Shown here: piece after piece, positions 17,742 through 26,976 of the stretch
How positions within the stretch are numbered: the first letter of the stretch is position 1
Layout of the letters: every line of letters begins with the position of its first letter
Virus record (IMG/VR): IMGVR_UViG_3300046786_000013
Location: 1-35,964 of that record
Reading direction: 5' to 3' (one strand)
DNA length: 35,964 nt
DNA from: a virus
Lineage: Duplodnaviria; Caudoviricetes
Position numbers and translations under genes: made by a program
The notes under the pieces: generated by a model
Told to the model about the DNA's origin: nothing
Seen by the model: only the letters and a program-made list of their open reading frames with translations
The model's database searches: none

Positions 17742-19520
17742 ATGGACAACTTAGTAAATTCATTGGTTTCAAAAGCTGTTGGTGTTACTGATCAGCAAAT
17801 TCAGCAGTTTTTGGCAACAGGCCCAAGTGATGCGCAAATTGCTAAAGCGATGGAAACTTATGGAGTTTCCCCAACGCAAATGGCACAAGTTACGGGCATT
17901 CCTGAAGGTCAAGTGGCTGCTAGGGTTGCGGCTACCGTACCGCCTGGTCAAGCCGTGTTGCTTGGTGACACATGGGTACAGCCTAACTACCAAATTTCTG
18001 GTTCAGGCGAAAATCAACAGATTGGCCCAATTGAAGGCGTTTCTGTTTACAAAACCCAAGGTGGTATTAACGATCAATTGCCTGTTGGCACAGCCATTCA
18101 AAACTATGCGCCAACTGGTGAGTTTGTAGGCACAGGGAAAACACAAAAAACTGAAAGCGGTTTTGGTGAATTCTTATTAGGTTCTGCCGCATTGTTTGGC
18201 GGTCTTGGTGGTGGCTTTGACGGCCTGTTTGGTGGTGGCACAGGCGCAGGGTCTGCTTTTGAAGCAGCTAATGCGGGTGCTTCTGCAATGGGCGACTTAG
18301 GTGCTTTTGAGTTAGCAAATGCGGGTGCGGGTGCTTTTGGTGCAGATGCTGCATTAGGCTCAACTCTTGGTGGCACAAACCTTTCCACTTTAGGCGCTTT
18401 AGGTGGTGCGGGTGTAGCGGGCATGGGTGCGGGAACAGGCTTGACAGCGGGTTCTGCGGGTCTTGGCTTAAATGCGGGAACAGCGGGACTTGGCGCTGCG
18501 GGACTAGGTGCGGGTCTTGGCGCGGGAACAGGCGCGGGTTTAGGTGCGGGATTGGGAAGTGCCTTGGGCGGTTTAGCCACAGGAGTTGGCACAGGACTAG
18601 CAACAGGCGTAGGCACAGGATTAGGCACAGGCTTGGCAACAGGACTAGGAACAGGGTTAGCCAATGGTGCGGGTTCAGCTTTAGGCACTAGCCTTGCAAC
18701 AGGATTGGGTTTGTCTGCGCTTGGCAATTTAGCGGGTACAGCGGCTAATCAAGGTGGCATCAATGACGCTAGAAACTTGATTAACCAATATGGCACTATT
18801 GCAAACAACCAACTTGGTACTGCTTACCAAAATGCTCAAAATTTGAATGCTGCTAATCGCACAGATTTGGGCAACATTTATAACAATACTTCTGCAAATA
18901 TGCAGAATTTGTACAACCAACAAGTTGGCTATCAGCAACCCTATCAAGACATTGGTCGTGCGGGTTCAACTGGCTTGCTTAACAATCAAGACTATCTAAC
19001 CCGTCAATTTACGAATGCCGATTTGAACGCTAACTTAGCGCCTAACTACGCATTCCAATTAGCCCAAGGCCAAATGGCAAACCAACGTGCGGGCAACATG
19101 GCGGGTGGTGCTTTGGGTGGCAACGCTTTGCAAGGTTTACAGCGTTACACGCAAGACTATGCGGGTAATGCTTACCAAAATGCCTTTAACAATTTCAACA
19201 CTCAGCGCCAAAACATTTACAACACTTTGTCAGGCATGGCTAACATTGGTGGCACATCTGCGGGTCAATTGGCTAACCTTGGTAGCAATTACGGCTCTAA
19301 CATGGGTTCTTTGGCATCCAACTATGGTGGCAACCTTACAACAAATGCGGGTCAAGGTATTGGCGCTGCAAATGCGTATGGTCTAAACACCGCTAACCTT
19401 GCAACGGGTTTGGGATCAGCCTTGGCGGGTAATGCTGTGGCGGGTGGTGCTAATACTGCAAACGCTTTGAACACACTTGGAAACACAGCGTTGCTTGGCT
19501 CTATGATCAAAGCGACATAA
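17742..19520 (+). CDS. DNA ejection/transfer protein (gp7-like), glycine-zipper rich
   Basis: P.Y.F.L.QG.....R.....GG..GGN.LQ.L..Y.Q.YA...YQN motif; long GxxxG tract; first of three ejection-position genes. Confidence 0.7.
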   Translation: MDNLVNSLVSKAVGVTDQQIQQFLATGPSDAQIAKAMETYGVSPTQMAQVTGIPEGQVAARVAATVPPGQAVLLGDTWVQPNYQISGSGENQQIGPIEGVSVYKTQGGINDQLPVGTAIQNYAPTGEFVGTGKTQKTESGFGEFLLGSAALFGGLGGGFDGLFGGGTGAGSAFEAANAGASAMGDLGAFELANAGAGAFGADAALGSTLGGTNLSTLGALGGAGVAGMGAGTGLTAGSAGLGLNAGTAGLGAAGLGAGLGAGTGAGLGAGLGSALGGLATGVGTGLATGVGTGLGTGLATGLGTGLANGAGSALGTSLATGLGLSALGNLAGTAANQGGINDARNLINQYGTIANNQLGTAYQNAQNLNAANRTDLGNIYNNTSANMQNLYNQQVGYQQPYQDIGRAGSTGLLNNQDYLTRQFTNADLNANLAPNYAFQLAQGQMANQRAGNMAGGALGGNALQGLQRYTQDYAGNAYQNAFNNFNTQRQNIYNTLSGMANIGGTSAGQLANLGSNYGSNMGSLASNYGGNLTTNAGQGIGAANAYGLNTANLATGLGSALAGNAVAGGANTANALNTLGNTALLGSMIKAT

Positions 19521-19529
19521 GGATAAATC

Positions 19530-20978
19530 ATGGCTGACTTCTCAATGAACGTGAACTACCCAAAGCCTCAAGGTCAAACCCTTGGGGATATGTTGAACAT
19601 GGCTTCTGGTATTCAACAATACCAACAAGCACAGCAAATGAATCCTTTGGCCTTGGAAAAGGCTCAGATTGAAAATCAAGTGTTGCGTCAAAAGAATGAC
19701 GAGCGTTTGAAACTTCAGGAAGTTATGAGTAACCCTGAAAATTGGCAAACTAATGGTCGTATTGACATGGACAAGATCAATGCGGTTATTCCAAAGATTG
19801 CCCCATTGACAGGCGCTGATGTAATCAGTTCATTGAGTGGATTGCATAAGAGCCAGACTGAAGCGGCTAGTGCCAAACAAGCATTGACTCAATCTGAGCG
19901 AACTATTATTGGAAACACAGATCATTCTTTAGGATTGATGGGTGTTAATGATCCTCAAAAAGTTATTCAAGTCTATAAGGGTTTGATTAAAAACAATCCT
20001 GACAACCCGTCATTGGAACGCATGATCAATGCAAGGATTGAATTGCTAAGTAAAGCAAATGCAGGGCCAAACATTACAAAAGACTTGCTTGCTGAATCTG
20101 CATCTTTGTTGTCTATCCCACAACAACGTGCTGAGTTTGCGCCTAAAGTTGGCTTGACTTCTACGGGTAGTGAGTTGAAAGAAACAATCACTACTCCAAT
20201 GAGCCCAACAGGACAAGCGCCAAGCATAAGCATGACTGGTCGGGCAGAACCTTTGACGATTGGCCCAGGTCAACCGCAAGTGGCTGTGGAAGGCAATCCC
20301 TATGGTTTGCCTGTTGGAACTACTTACATTCCTCCATCACCCGCTACCAAACAACAAGCGCCAATGGTTACGGGTCTTGCCCCACAAGTGGCAAGCACGA
20401 TTAGCGCTAACACAACCATCGCCAATCAAGATTGGGAAAAGACTTACCAAGAAGCAAGGGAAGCGCAACCCCGTATTGCCATTTTTCAGAACATTAAGAA
20501 ACTTGCCCCTGATGCGTTTACAGGCGTTGGTGGTGAGCGTAAGAAGTTGGCAGCGGGTATTCTTAACGCAGCGGGCATTGACGCTTATACGGCTGAGAAC
20601 ACAGCCACAGACGAGTTGGCTAAAAACACACGACTGTTGGCCTTGGCGGGTGGCAATACTGATGCGGCTAGGGCAATGGCTGAGATTGCTAACCCAAGCA
20701 ACAAAATGACCTTGGCGGCTATCAAGGAAGTTTCAGACCAAATGATTGGTGCTGAAAGATTGCGTGAAAAACGTGCTGAGTATTTGGGACAATTCCGCAA
20801 TGATCCTGTAAAGTATCAAGAGAAATCGCAATTGTTTAACCAGTTTGCTGATCCAAGAATCTTCCAAGAAATGACCCCTGAACAGGTCGCCAAACTCAAG
20901 GCTTCTATGTCTAAACAAGACATTGAGGAAATGAGCAAGAAGATTAAGCAAGCAAAGATGTTGGGGATTATTAAATAA
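19530..20978 (+). CDS. DNA ejection protein (gp20 position)
   Basis: 482 aa, helical Q/A/K-rich; synteny with P22 genes 7-20-16. Confidence 0.6.
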   Translation: MADFSMNVNYPKPQGQTLGDMLNMASGIQQYQQAQQMNPLALEKAQIENQVLRQKNDERLKLQEVMSNPENWQTNGRIDMDKINAVIPKIAPLTGADVISSLSGLHKSQTEAASAKQALTQSERTIIGNTDHSLGLMGVNDPQKVIQVYKGLIKNNPDNPSLERMINARIELLSKANAGPNITKDLLAESASLLSIPQQRAEFAPKVGLTSTGSELKETITTPMSPTGQAPSISMTGRAEPLTIGPGQPQVAVEGNPYGLPVGTTYIPPSPATKQQAPMVTGLAPQVASTISANTTIANQDWEKTYQEAREAQPRIAIFQNIKKLAPDAFTGVGGERKKLAAGILNAAGIDAYTAENTATDELAKNTRLLALAGGNTDAARAMAEIANPSNKMTLAAIKEVSDQMIGAERLREKRAEYLGQFRNDPVKYQEKSQLFNQFADPRIFQEMTPEQVAKLKASMSKQDIEEMSKKIKQAKMLGIIK

Positions 20979-23080
20979 TGGCTAGTCTTGCAGAACTATG
21001 GGATGCCGCCCCCGCAACGGCAACACCGTCAACGCCTACTAAGGACAAACGGCAAGCTGATCGTTTAGCAGTTCTGCAACAAGAAATGGCAGATGCTCAA
21101 CAACGTCTGCAATCTGGCGATGCAAGGGCGCAACGTGACATTGATGCTTTGACCCGTGAGATGGGTGGCAAAGTAGCCCGTAACCCACAGCCAACGCAAC
21201 AACCAACACAAGAATCGGGTCAGACTTTGGCTGATTTGTGGGAAACAACGCCCGCTGCCAAAACTCAAGAAGAAAAGAAAGTTGAAAAGAAATCTGAATT
21301 GCCTTTGGCGGCTCAGTTCTTTAAAAAGTTCCAAGAAGGCAAACAGGATTTAGGCGAGAAAATTGTTGGTGCGGGTGAGGCGGGTTTGACCGCTTTGTCG
21401 GGAAGCATTGCCGCCCCTGTAAGCGCCCTTGGTGGCATTGTCGGCACAATGACAAGCGGTAAATACGGCACTCAAGAAGGCATCAAAGCGGGTCAAGACA
21501 TGGCCCGTAGGCTTCAAGAGGGTGGCACATACCAACCCCGCACAGCACAAGGTCAGCAATATGTGCAAGACCTACAAAAAGCATTTGAAGCTAGTAAGTT
21601 ACCCCCCGTTGGCGTTCCTGAAGTAATGGGGTTTGCACCATTGGCTAAACCCGCAATGCAACAACCCAAAGGGACAATTCAACAATGGGGCAATGAGATT
21701 CGTGGTGGCGCACCGCAACAAATGCAACAGCAATTCCAAGCCAAAGGTGGGATGCAAAGTGCGGGCGCTGCGGCTACGACAGACCAAGCGACTGTTAATG
21801 CTTTGTTGGCTAAAGCAAGCCCTGAGTTACAAAACGAATTGAAGTCTGTGCCTGTCAACCAGATCAATATGCCCGCCTTTGAGCGCCATGTTGAGGCCGA
21901 TACGTTGCCTGTGCCTGTACGCCTGACCCGTGGACAAGCCACTCAAGATGTTAATTTGCTGTCTGATGAAATGAACATGAGGGGAAAAAACCCTGAATTG
22001 GCAAATCGTTTTAATGAGCAAAACGGCAAGTTGATTGAAAACATGAACGCCATTCGGGACAAAGCCGCCCCTGACGTTTATGGCACAAACCACATTGAGA
22101 ATGCTGAAACTGTAATCAATGCTTACAAAGCACTTGATGACACAAGAACGGCTGACATTTCTGCCAAATACAAAGCGCTTGAAGAAGCTGCGGGCGGTGA
22201 CTTCCCTATTGATGGCAGACAGTTTGTTGCTAATGCTGAAGTCTTGTTAAGCAAAAAACTCAAGACCGACTTCTTGCCTCCCGCTATTGCTAAACAGTTA
22301 GAGCGTTACAAGAATGGCGAGAAAATGACCTTTGAGCAATTTGAGGCCATGCGAACAAACTTGGCTTCAGAAATGCGTAAGGCAGAGCGTTCAGGCGATG
22401 GCAATGCCAAAACTGCATCAAGCCTTGTTAGACAGGCTTTAGAGGACTTGCCGTTGTCTGGTGAGGCAGAAAACCTTAAACCATTGGCAAACGAGGCTAG
22501 AAGCGCTGCCAAGGCTAGGTTTGATTTGCTCAAGAAAGACCCCGCCTATGACGCTGCGGTCAATGATGTAGCGCCTGATAAGTTTATCAATAAGTACATC
22601 ATTAGTGGCAACAAACGTGATTTGGAAGCCTTGACGCAACAGCTTGGTAAAGGCTCAGAAGGCCATCAAGCCGTGTCTGCCGCTGTGGTGAACTGGCTTA
22701 AAAACAAAGCGGGTGTCATTGACAACAATGGTAACTTTAGCCAAGCGGGATATAACAAAGCCTTACAACAGCTTGACCCTAAACTGTTGGAGTTGGTTGA
22801 TGGTGAAACTGCCCAACAACTTAGGGCTTTGGGCAATGTGGCTAGATACACCCAAGCACAGCCCCGTGGAAGCTACGTCAACCAATCCAACACATTTGTG
22901 GCGGGTGCTAAAGAAATGGCTAAAGGCGGTTTGGAGAAAACGGCTAACTTGGCAGGGTTTGGCGTTGTTCCTATTGGCACAATGACCCGTGAGGCACTTG
23001 CTAACAGAGCCGCTGCAAAGCAAACCAAAGAATCTTTAAAGCCTGGTGCGGGTACAAAACTTTCAGACTTAGGAAAATAA
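20978..23080 (+). CDS. DNA ejection protein (gp16 position)
   Basis: 700 aa helical protein, TAATG-coupled, LT.GQAT.D motif; synteny. Confidence 0.6.
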   Translation: MASLAELWDAAPATATPSTPTKDKRQADRLAVLQQEMADAQQRLQSGDARAQRDIDALTREMGGKVARNPQPTQQPTQESGQTLADLWETTPAAKTQEEKKVEKKSELPLAAQFFKKFQEGKQDLGEKIVGAGEAGLTALSGSIAAPVSALGGIVGTMTSGKYGTQEGIKAGQDMARRLQEGGTYQPRTAQGQQYVQDLQKAFEASKLPPVGVPEVMGFAPLAKPAMQQPKGTIQQWGNEIRGGAPQQMQQQFQAKGGMQSAGAAATTDQATVNALLAKASPELQNELKSVPVNQINMPAFERHVEADTLPVPVRLTRGQATQDVNLLSDEMNMRGKNPELANRFNEQNGKLIENMNAIRDKAAPDVYGTNHIENAETVINAYKALDDTRTADISAKYKALEEAAGGDFPIDGRQFVANAEVLLSKKLKTDFLPPAIAKQLERYKNGEKMTFEQFEAMRTNLASEMRKAERSGDGNAKTASSLVRQALEDLPLSGEAENLKPLANEARSAAKARFDLLKKDPAYDAAVNDVAPDKFINKYIISGNKRDLEALTQQLGKGSEGHQAVSAAVVNWLKNKAGVIDNNGNFSQAGYNKALQQLDPKLLELVDGETAQQLRALGNVARYTQAQPRGSYVNQSNTFVAGAKEMAKGGLEKTANLAGFGVVPIGTMTREALANRAAAKQTKESLKPGAGTKLSDLGK

Positions 23081-23081
23081 A

Positions 23082-23624
23082 ATGGCTGTCAATCTTTCCC
23101 CTATTGGTAACGGTTTCCAATTCTTTACCAACACAGGCATTCCCTTAAATGGTGGTTACATCTACACCTACCAAGCGGGTTCTAGCACTCCATTAGCGAC
23201 TTACACAACCGCTACGGGTACGATTGCCAACACCAACCCTATTCAATTGGGGACTAGTGGTCGCCCCCCACAAGAAATTTGGTTGACTGAAGGTTACTCA
23301 TACAAGTTTATTTTGACCGACTCTGACAATGTTCAGATTGCCACTTACGACAACCTTTATGGCATCTTGGGAACAGCGGCAAGCACAAACCCAATTCCAT
23401 CAGGCGGCATCATCATGTGGTCAGGCTCTATTGGTGCTATTCCTGTTGGCTATTACCTTTGCAATGGCTCTAACGGCACACCAGACTTGCGTGATCGCTT
23501 TGTGGTGGGTTCTGGTAGCACCTATGCTGTCGGCAACACGGGTGGCTTTACGTCCAACGTAGCGGGTTCAGGCGGCACAAACTTGCCTTTGTATTATTCG
23601 CTTGCATTTATACAAAAAGCATAG
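23082..23624 (+). CDS. Tailspike-position adaptor: particle-binding N-domain plus tail-collar domain
   Basis: G.PL.GG.IYTY.AG..TP..TY.......NTNPI.L...GR N-domain, then IPSG.I.MWSG....P.GY.LC.G.NGTPDLRDRFVVG collar motif. Confidence 0.75.
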   Translation: MAVNLSPIGNGFQFFTNTGIPLNGGYIYTYQAGSSTPLATYTTATGTIANTNPIQLGTSGRPPQEIWLTEGYSYKFILTDSDNVQIATYDNLYGILGTAASTNPIPSGGIIMWSGSIGAIPVGYYLCNGSNGTPDLRDRFVVGSGSTYAVGNTGGFTSNVAGSGGTNLPLYYSLAFIQKA

Positions 23625-23636
23625 AATAATATATGA

Positions 23637-24167
23637 ATGACAAGAGACACTTTTTATGATGATATATGTCCCAAATGTTCAAAACCTTTAAAAAGAAGGA
23701 AAGAGAACATTGGGAAATTGTGCAACCCATGTTCAATGTCATCAATTGGATTTGCAAGGGCTGAACAACGAAGGGCCAATCCTCAAAGGAAAACTGTTGC
23801 TGAATACTCTAAAAGATCAAGAGCATTACGATTAAATAGAAATCCTTTGGAATTCAGATTAAAGAGAAGTTTGTCTGCCGCAAAAACAAGATCAAAAATT
23901 CTTAATGTAAATTTTGATTTAACTTTAGAGTATTTGTATGAAATTTACCCTAAAGATGAAATGTGTCCAGTTCTCAAAGTTCCATTTGTTTGGGGAACTA
24001 GAAAAGACAAGGAATTTTCTCCATCAATTGATAGAATGATTCCTGAAAAAGGTTATGTCAAAGGTAACGTCAAATTCATTTGTTACAAAGCAAATCGGAT
24101 TAAAAGCGATTCAACCATTGATGTTTTGCAAAAACTTATACGTTATATGAGTGGTGAATATGTCTGA
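23637..24167 (+). CDS. HNH-like (beta-beta-alpha-Me) homing endonuclease
   Basis: AK.R......FDLT, CP, SIDR..P.KGY..GNV..IC..AN..K; N-terminal CxxC..CxxC; AT-rich relative to flanks. Confidence 0.78.
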   Translation: MTRDTFYDDICPKCSKPLKRRKENIGKLCNPCSMSSIGFARAEQRRANPQRKTVAEYSKRSRALRLNRNPLEFRLKRSLSAAKTRSKILNVNFDLTLEYLYEIYPKDEMCPVLKVPFVWGTRKDKEFSPSIDRMIPEKGYVKGNVKFICYKANRIKSDSTIDVLQKLIRYMSGEYV

Positions 24168-24363
24168 CATTGATTTGGTTAAGTACGGTGTGCTTTGGCA
24201 AAAAGTTGAATCAATGGAAGCCAAGATTGACAAAATGGAAGGCCAACTTGAAACTTTGATTGAGTTGGCTAACAAGGGTCGTGGTGGCTTTTGGATGGGC
24301 ATGACCTTTGTGTCGGCTATTTCAACTTTGATGGGGTACTTTAGTCATCATTGGACAAAATGA
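24160..24363 (+). CDS. Small membrane protein, coiled coil plus one TM (holin/XhlA-like)
   Basis: LANKGRGGFW followed by a hydrophobic helix; first gene of the lysis cassette. Confidence 0.55.
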   Translation: MSDIDLVKYGVLWQKVESMEAKIDKMEGQLETLIELANKGRGGFWMGMTFVSAISTLMGYFSHHWTK

Positions 24364-24854
24364 TTGACCCGATCACAGCGCTAGAAGGACTACAAAGTGC
24401 AATCAGCGTAGTCAAAAAAGCTAGTAAGGTCGCCAATGACCTTGCGGGTCTAGCGCCATCAATTGCCAAGATGTTTGACGCTAAGAGCGTTGCAACAAAG
24501 GCTATGGTGGAGGCTAAAAGGTCTGGTAATAAATCCAACCTTGGCGCTGCCTTACAAATTGAAATGGCTCTTGATGAGGCCAAACGGTTTGAATCTGAAT
24601 TGATGCTGTTGTTTCAGGCCACAGGCCGTGCGGACGTTTGGGCAAAGATTAAACAACGCCAACAGCAAATGGACATTGAAGATGCTCATTTAGCCCGTCA
24701 AGCCAAAGCTGATGAAAAGAAACGCAAAGAAGCTGAAGATGAGCAAATGGCGTGGGCTATTGGGATTGTGGTGATCGTCATGCTATTAGGCGCAGTAGGG
24801 TGGGGTATTGCTGAAATATCTGAGGTGTGCGCCAGAATGCGGTGTGGTCGGTGA
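24360..24854 (+). CDS. Membrane-anchored coiled-coil protein (lysis cassette)
   Basis: ATGA overlap, MIDPITAL start, C-terminal TM helix. Confidence 0.6.
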   Translation: MIDPITALEGLQSAISVVKKASKVANDLAGLAPSIAKMFDAKSVATKAMVEAKRSGNKSNLGAALQIEMALDEAKRFESELMLLFQATGRADVWAKIKQRQQQMDIEDAHLARQAKADEKKRKEAEDEQMAWAIGIVVIVMLLGAVGWGIAEISEVCARMRCGR

Positions 24855-25003
24855 ATGAGTACCAAAAGCAATTTGATCAGTTTCTCAAGATTTTCGTGCG
24901 TATGTGTATCGCCTGGTACGTTGTCGGCTTCCTCCGCTTTTTGCCTGATGAGTTATCAGACAAGATCGTTAACAAATTTCTCTCATATTTAGGACTAGGA
25001 TAA
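24851..25003 (+). CDS. Small membrane protein (50 aa), not in the ORF track
   Basis: GTGA overlap upstream and TAATG overlap downstream; MNEYQKQFDQFLKIFVRMCIAWYVVGFLRFLPDELSDKIVNKFLSYLGLG. Confidence 0.65.
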   Translation: MNEYQKQFDQFLKIFVRMCIAWYVVGFLRFLPDELSDKIVNKFLSYLGLG

Positions 25004-25506
25004 TGCTTTCACTATTCTCAACCCTTGGTGGTTTGCTAATTTCTGGCTTACCAAAGTTACTAGATTTTTTCCAAAACAAAGACGATCAACGGCATGAGTT
25101 GGCTTTAGCCCGTGTCCAAGTGGAACTACAACTTCAAATGGCGGCTGCGGGCTTTGCGGCTCAACAACGCATGGAGGAAATCCGCACAGACCAGATTGCC
25201 ATGCAAACTGACGCTGAAATGACTGTGGCGGCTTATGACCATGACAAACAGATTTTGGAAAAGGCAAGCACATGGGTAGCCAGTTACATTGGTACTGTTC
25301 GCCCAACTGTGACCTACATCTTTATTCTTGAACTGTGTGCCATCAATGCTTGGTTGGCTTACTACATTTACAGCAACCCACAGTTAGTGCTGAACATGGA
25401 TGATCTGATTCGTGTTTCCGACATTATCTTTTCCACAGACGAAATGGCAATGTTGGGCGGCATTATTGGTTTTTGGTTTGGCTCACGTTCATGGTCTAAG
25501 AAATGA
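25003..25506 (+). CDS. Holin-like protein (3TM type)
   Basis: VRP.VTY and I.GFWFG.R motifs; directly upstream of the lysozyme. Confidence 0.7.
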   Translation: MLSLFSTLGGLLISGLPKLLDFFQNKDDQRHELALARVQVELQLQMAAAGFAAQQRMEEIRTDQIAMQTDAEMTVAAYDHDKQILEKASTWVASYIGTVRPTVTYIFILELCAINAWLAYYIYSNPQLVLNMDDLIRVSDIIFSTDEMAMLGGIIGFWFGSRSWSKK

Positions 25507-26006
25507 AAGTTAGCAAGGCGGGTGAGGATTTGATGCACTTCTTTGAAGGGTATCGAAACAAACCGTATCGGTGTAGCGCTGCGATCTGGACGGTGGGTTG
25601 GGGACACGCAATGTATAGCGATCAACTTAACCTACCAAACATCCGCAAAGAGGGTTACACGGGGCTGATTAGGGCTGACTACCAACTAAAGGAAGGTGAC
25701 AATCGTGTTTGGACGAAAGAGGAACTGGTTGAATTATTCAAGGTGGACATCGATTCTTTTGAACGTGGTGTTCTTCGACTTTCTCCTAATCTTGTTGGTC
25801 ATCAAAGCAAATTTGACGCTGTGGTTTCTTTTGCGTACAACGCAGGGCTAGGAAATTACCAACGGTCAACCATTCGCATGAAGGTCAACCGTGGTGATTG
25901 GGATGCCGCTGCTGAAGCCTTTATGAGTTGGACTAAAGCGGGCGGTAAGGAAGTGGCGGGTTTGGTTAAGCGTAGAAAAGCTGAAAAGGCTTTATTTCTT
26001 AGCTGA
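25503..26006 (+). CDS. Endolysin, GH24 phage lysozyme
   Basis: EG....PY.C.A.IWTVGWG (E-x8-C-x5-T triad), FDA.VSFAYN.G, W.KAGG....GL..RR..E..LF. Confidence 0.93.
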   Translation: MKVSKAGEDLMHFFEGYRNKPYRCSAAIWTVGWGHAMYSDQLNLPNIRKEGYTGLIRADYQLKEGDNRVWTKEELVELFKVDIDSFERGVLRLSPNLVGHQSKFDAVVSFAYNAGLGNYQRSTIRMKVNRGDWDAAAEAFMSWTKAGGKEVAGLVKRRKAEKALFLS

Positions 26007-26165
26007 GTTTTGGCGTAGGTGCTTTCCTGTAAGACGCATGATCCAACAGTTTTGACAAATCCATTTCTGTCCCATGTCAATGCCTCCCTCTGGTGGTTTG
26101 CTTTCGTCACATTTAGTGCAAGTTTTAAATGGGTGTAATTGCCTTGGTTCTGATATTGGGGTCAT
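25992..26165 (-). CDS. Small zinc-finger protein (57 aa), not in the ORF track
   Basis: ATGA-coupled to the upstream gene; CTKC...WICQNC; its 3' end overlaps the lysozyme stop by 15 nt. Confidence 0.65.
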   Translation of the reverse strand: MTPISEPRQLHPFKTCTKCDESKPPEGGIDMGQKWICQNCWIMRLTGKHLRQNSAKK

Positions 26166-26620
26166 TTAATTTCTACTACTTCTTTTGATTTGCTTCTAAT
26201 TCTGTTTCTGGTCTTGACAATCATTTGCTCATAGACGCTACGGGAAACGCTAGAACGCTGAAGGTCATGGTACTCATAGACTTCCCTGATGGCGTTTAAG
26301 CCTGATCCTGACAAACCCATGAGCCCTGTCTTTTCAAAGCGTCTAGCGGCCTCTGTAAGCGCTTCTTGAGCCTGTTGGCAATGGGGTAGGGCTTCAGCCC
26401 CGATGCCGTTAGACCCCATTACTTCACAAATGTTCATCAAATCGGCAAGTTCTTGCCACTCTACGGTTGTGCCGTTGCCTTTGGACATGGCTTCAATTGC
26501 CGCCAGTTCCCTTATTCTCAGCTTGTCCAACACTTTGGATTCGGTTATCGCTGCGCCCGTCAGGGCGTGTGTTAGCGGATTCAACAACTTCCAATGCTGG
26601 CGGTGTGTTTTTTTTCTCAT
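26162..26620 (-). CDS. Hypothetical phage protein
   Basis: MRKKTHRQHW start preferred over the track start; 152-aa helical ORF in the early operon. Confidence 0.7.
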   Translation of the reverse strand: MRKKTHRQHWKLLNPLTHALTGAAITESKVLDKLRIRELAAIEAMSKGNGTTVEWQELADLMNICEVMGSNGIGAEALPHCQQAQEALTEAARRFEKTGLMGLSGSGLNAIREVYEYHDLQRSSVSRSVYEQMIVKTRNRIRSKSKEVVEIK

Positions 26621-26714
26621 TGTCCCTACCAAAAATTAAATCCCAACGCTGTGCGTATTCTTCATTTGCCACATCAAATGGCCTTGGCTTGTCGCCCTTT
26701 CCTCCATCACTCAT
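26493..26714 (-). CDS. Hypothetical small phage protein
   Basis: AAGGAG SD; MSDGGKG..PRP......Y..RWD.IF N-terminus; tail overlaps the next gene. Confidence 0.6.
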   Translation of the reverse strand: MSDGGKGDKPRPFDVANEEYAQRWDLIFGRDNEKKNTPPALEVVESANTRPDGRSDNRIQSVGQAENKGTGGN

Positions 26715-26976
26715 GTGTTCTTCTCCTTAAGTTTGGCTTCAATGGTCAACACATTGATGCAGTACGACTAGCTTTGCTAGTTCAAACATCCATACAGCGT
26801 GTTGGTTGTCTACGTTAGAGGACAATGTTTTTAATTCGCCATCTTCGTAAAACAACACAACACAGGACTGCTCTGGCTCTATGCGTTCTATTGCATGGGT
26901 GAGCATGGCAGTAGCATCCCAATCTTTAAGGTGGTGTACTTTCATGTGTTCTTCTCCTTGAGTTTGGCTTCGATGG
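26711..26976. repeat. 35-bp direct repeats (26711-26745, 26942-26976) flanking one gene
   Basis: TCATGTGTTCTTCTCCTT(A/G)AGTTTGGCTTC(A/G)ATGG, 33/35 identical. Confidence 0.92.
26739..26945 (-). CDS. Hypothetical protein (repeat-flanked cassette)
   Basis: AAGGAG SD and ATGA overlap give start MKVHHLKDWD at 26945. Confidence 0.65.
   Translation of the reverse strand: MKVHHLKDWDATAMLTHAIERIEPEQSCVVLFYEDGELKTLSSNVDNQHAVWMFELAKLVVLHQCVDH

Noticed and set aside
5604-23023. Many 60-207 aa antisense or off-frame ORFs within structural genes (e.g. 18104-18727, 9720-10175, 5645-6061)
   Set aside because: They are shadows of Gly/Ala/Thr-rich sense genes, with no SD, coupling or motifs, unlike the MTase beta frame.
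26608-26615. A8 run (minus strand) as a programmed frameshift fusing two overlapping ORFs
   Set aside because: It would need a +1 shift, no stimulatory structure was seen, and the downstream gene has its own ATG.
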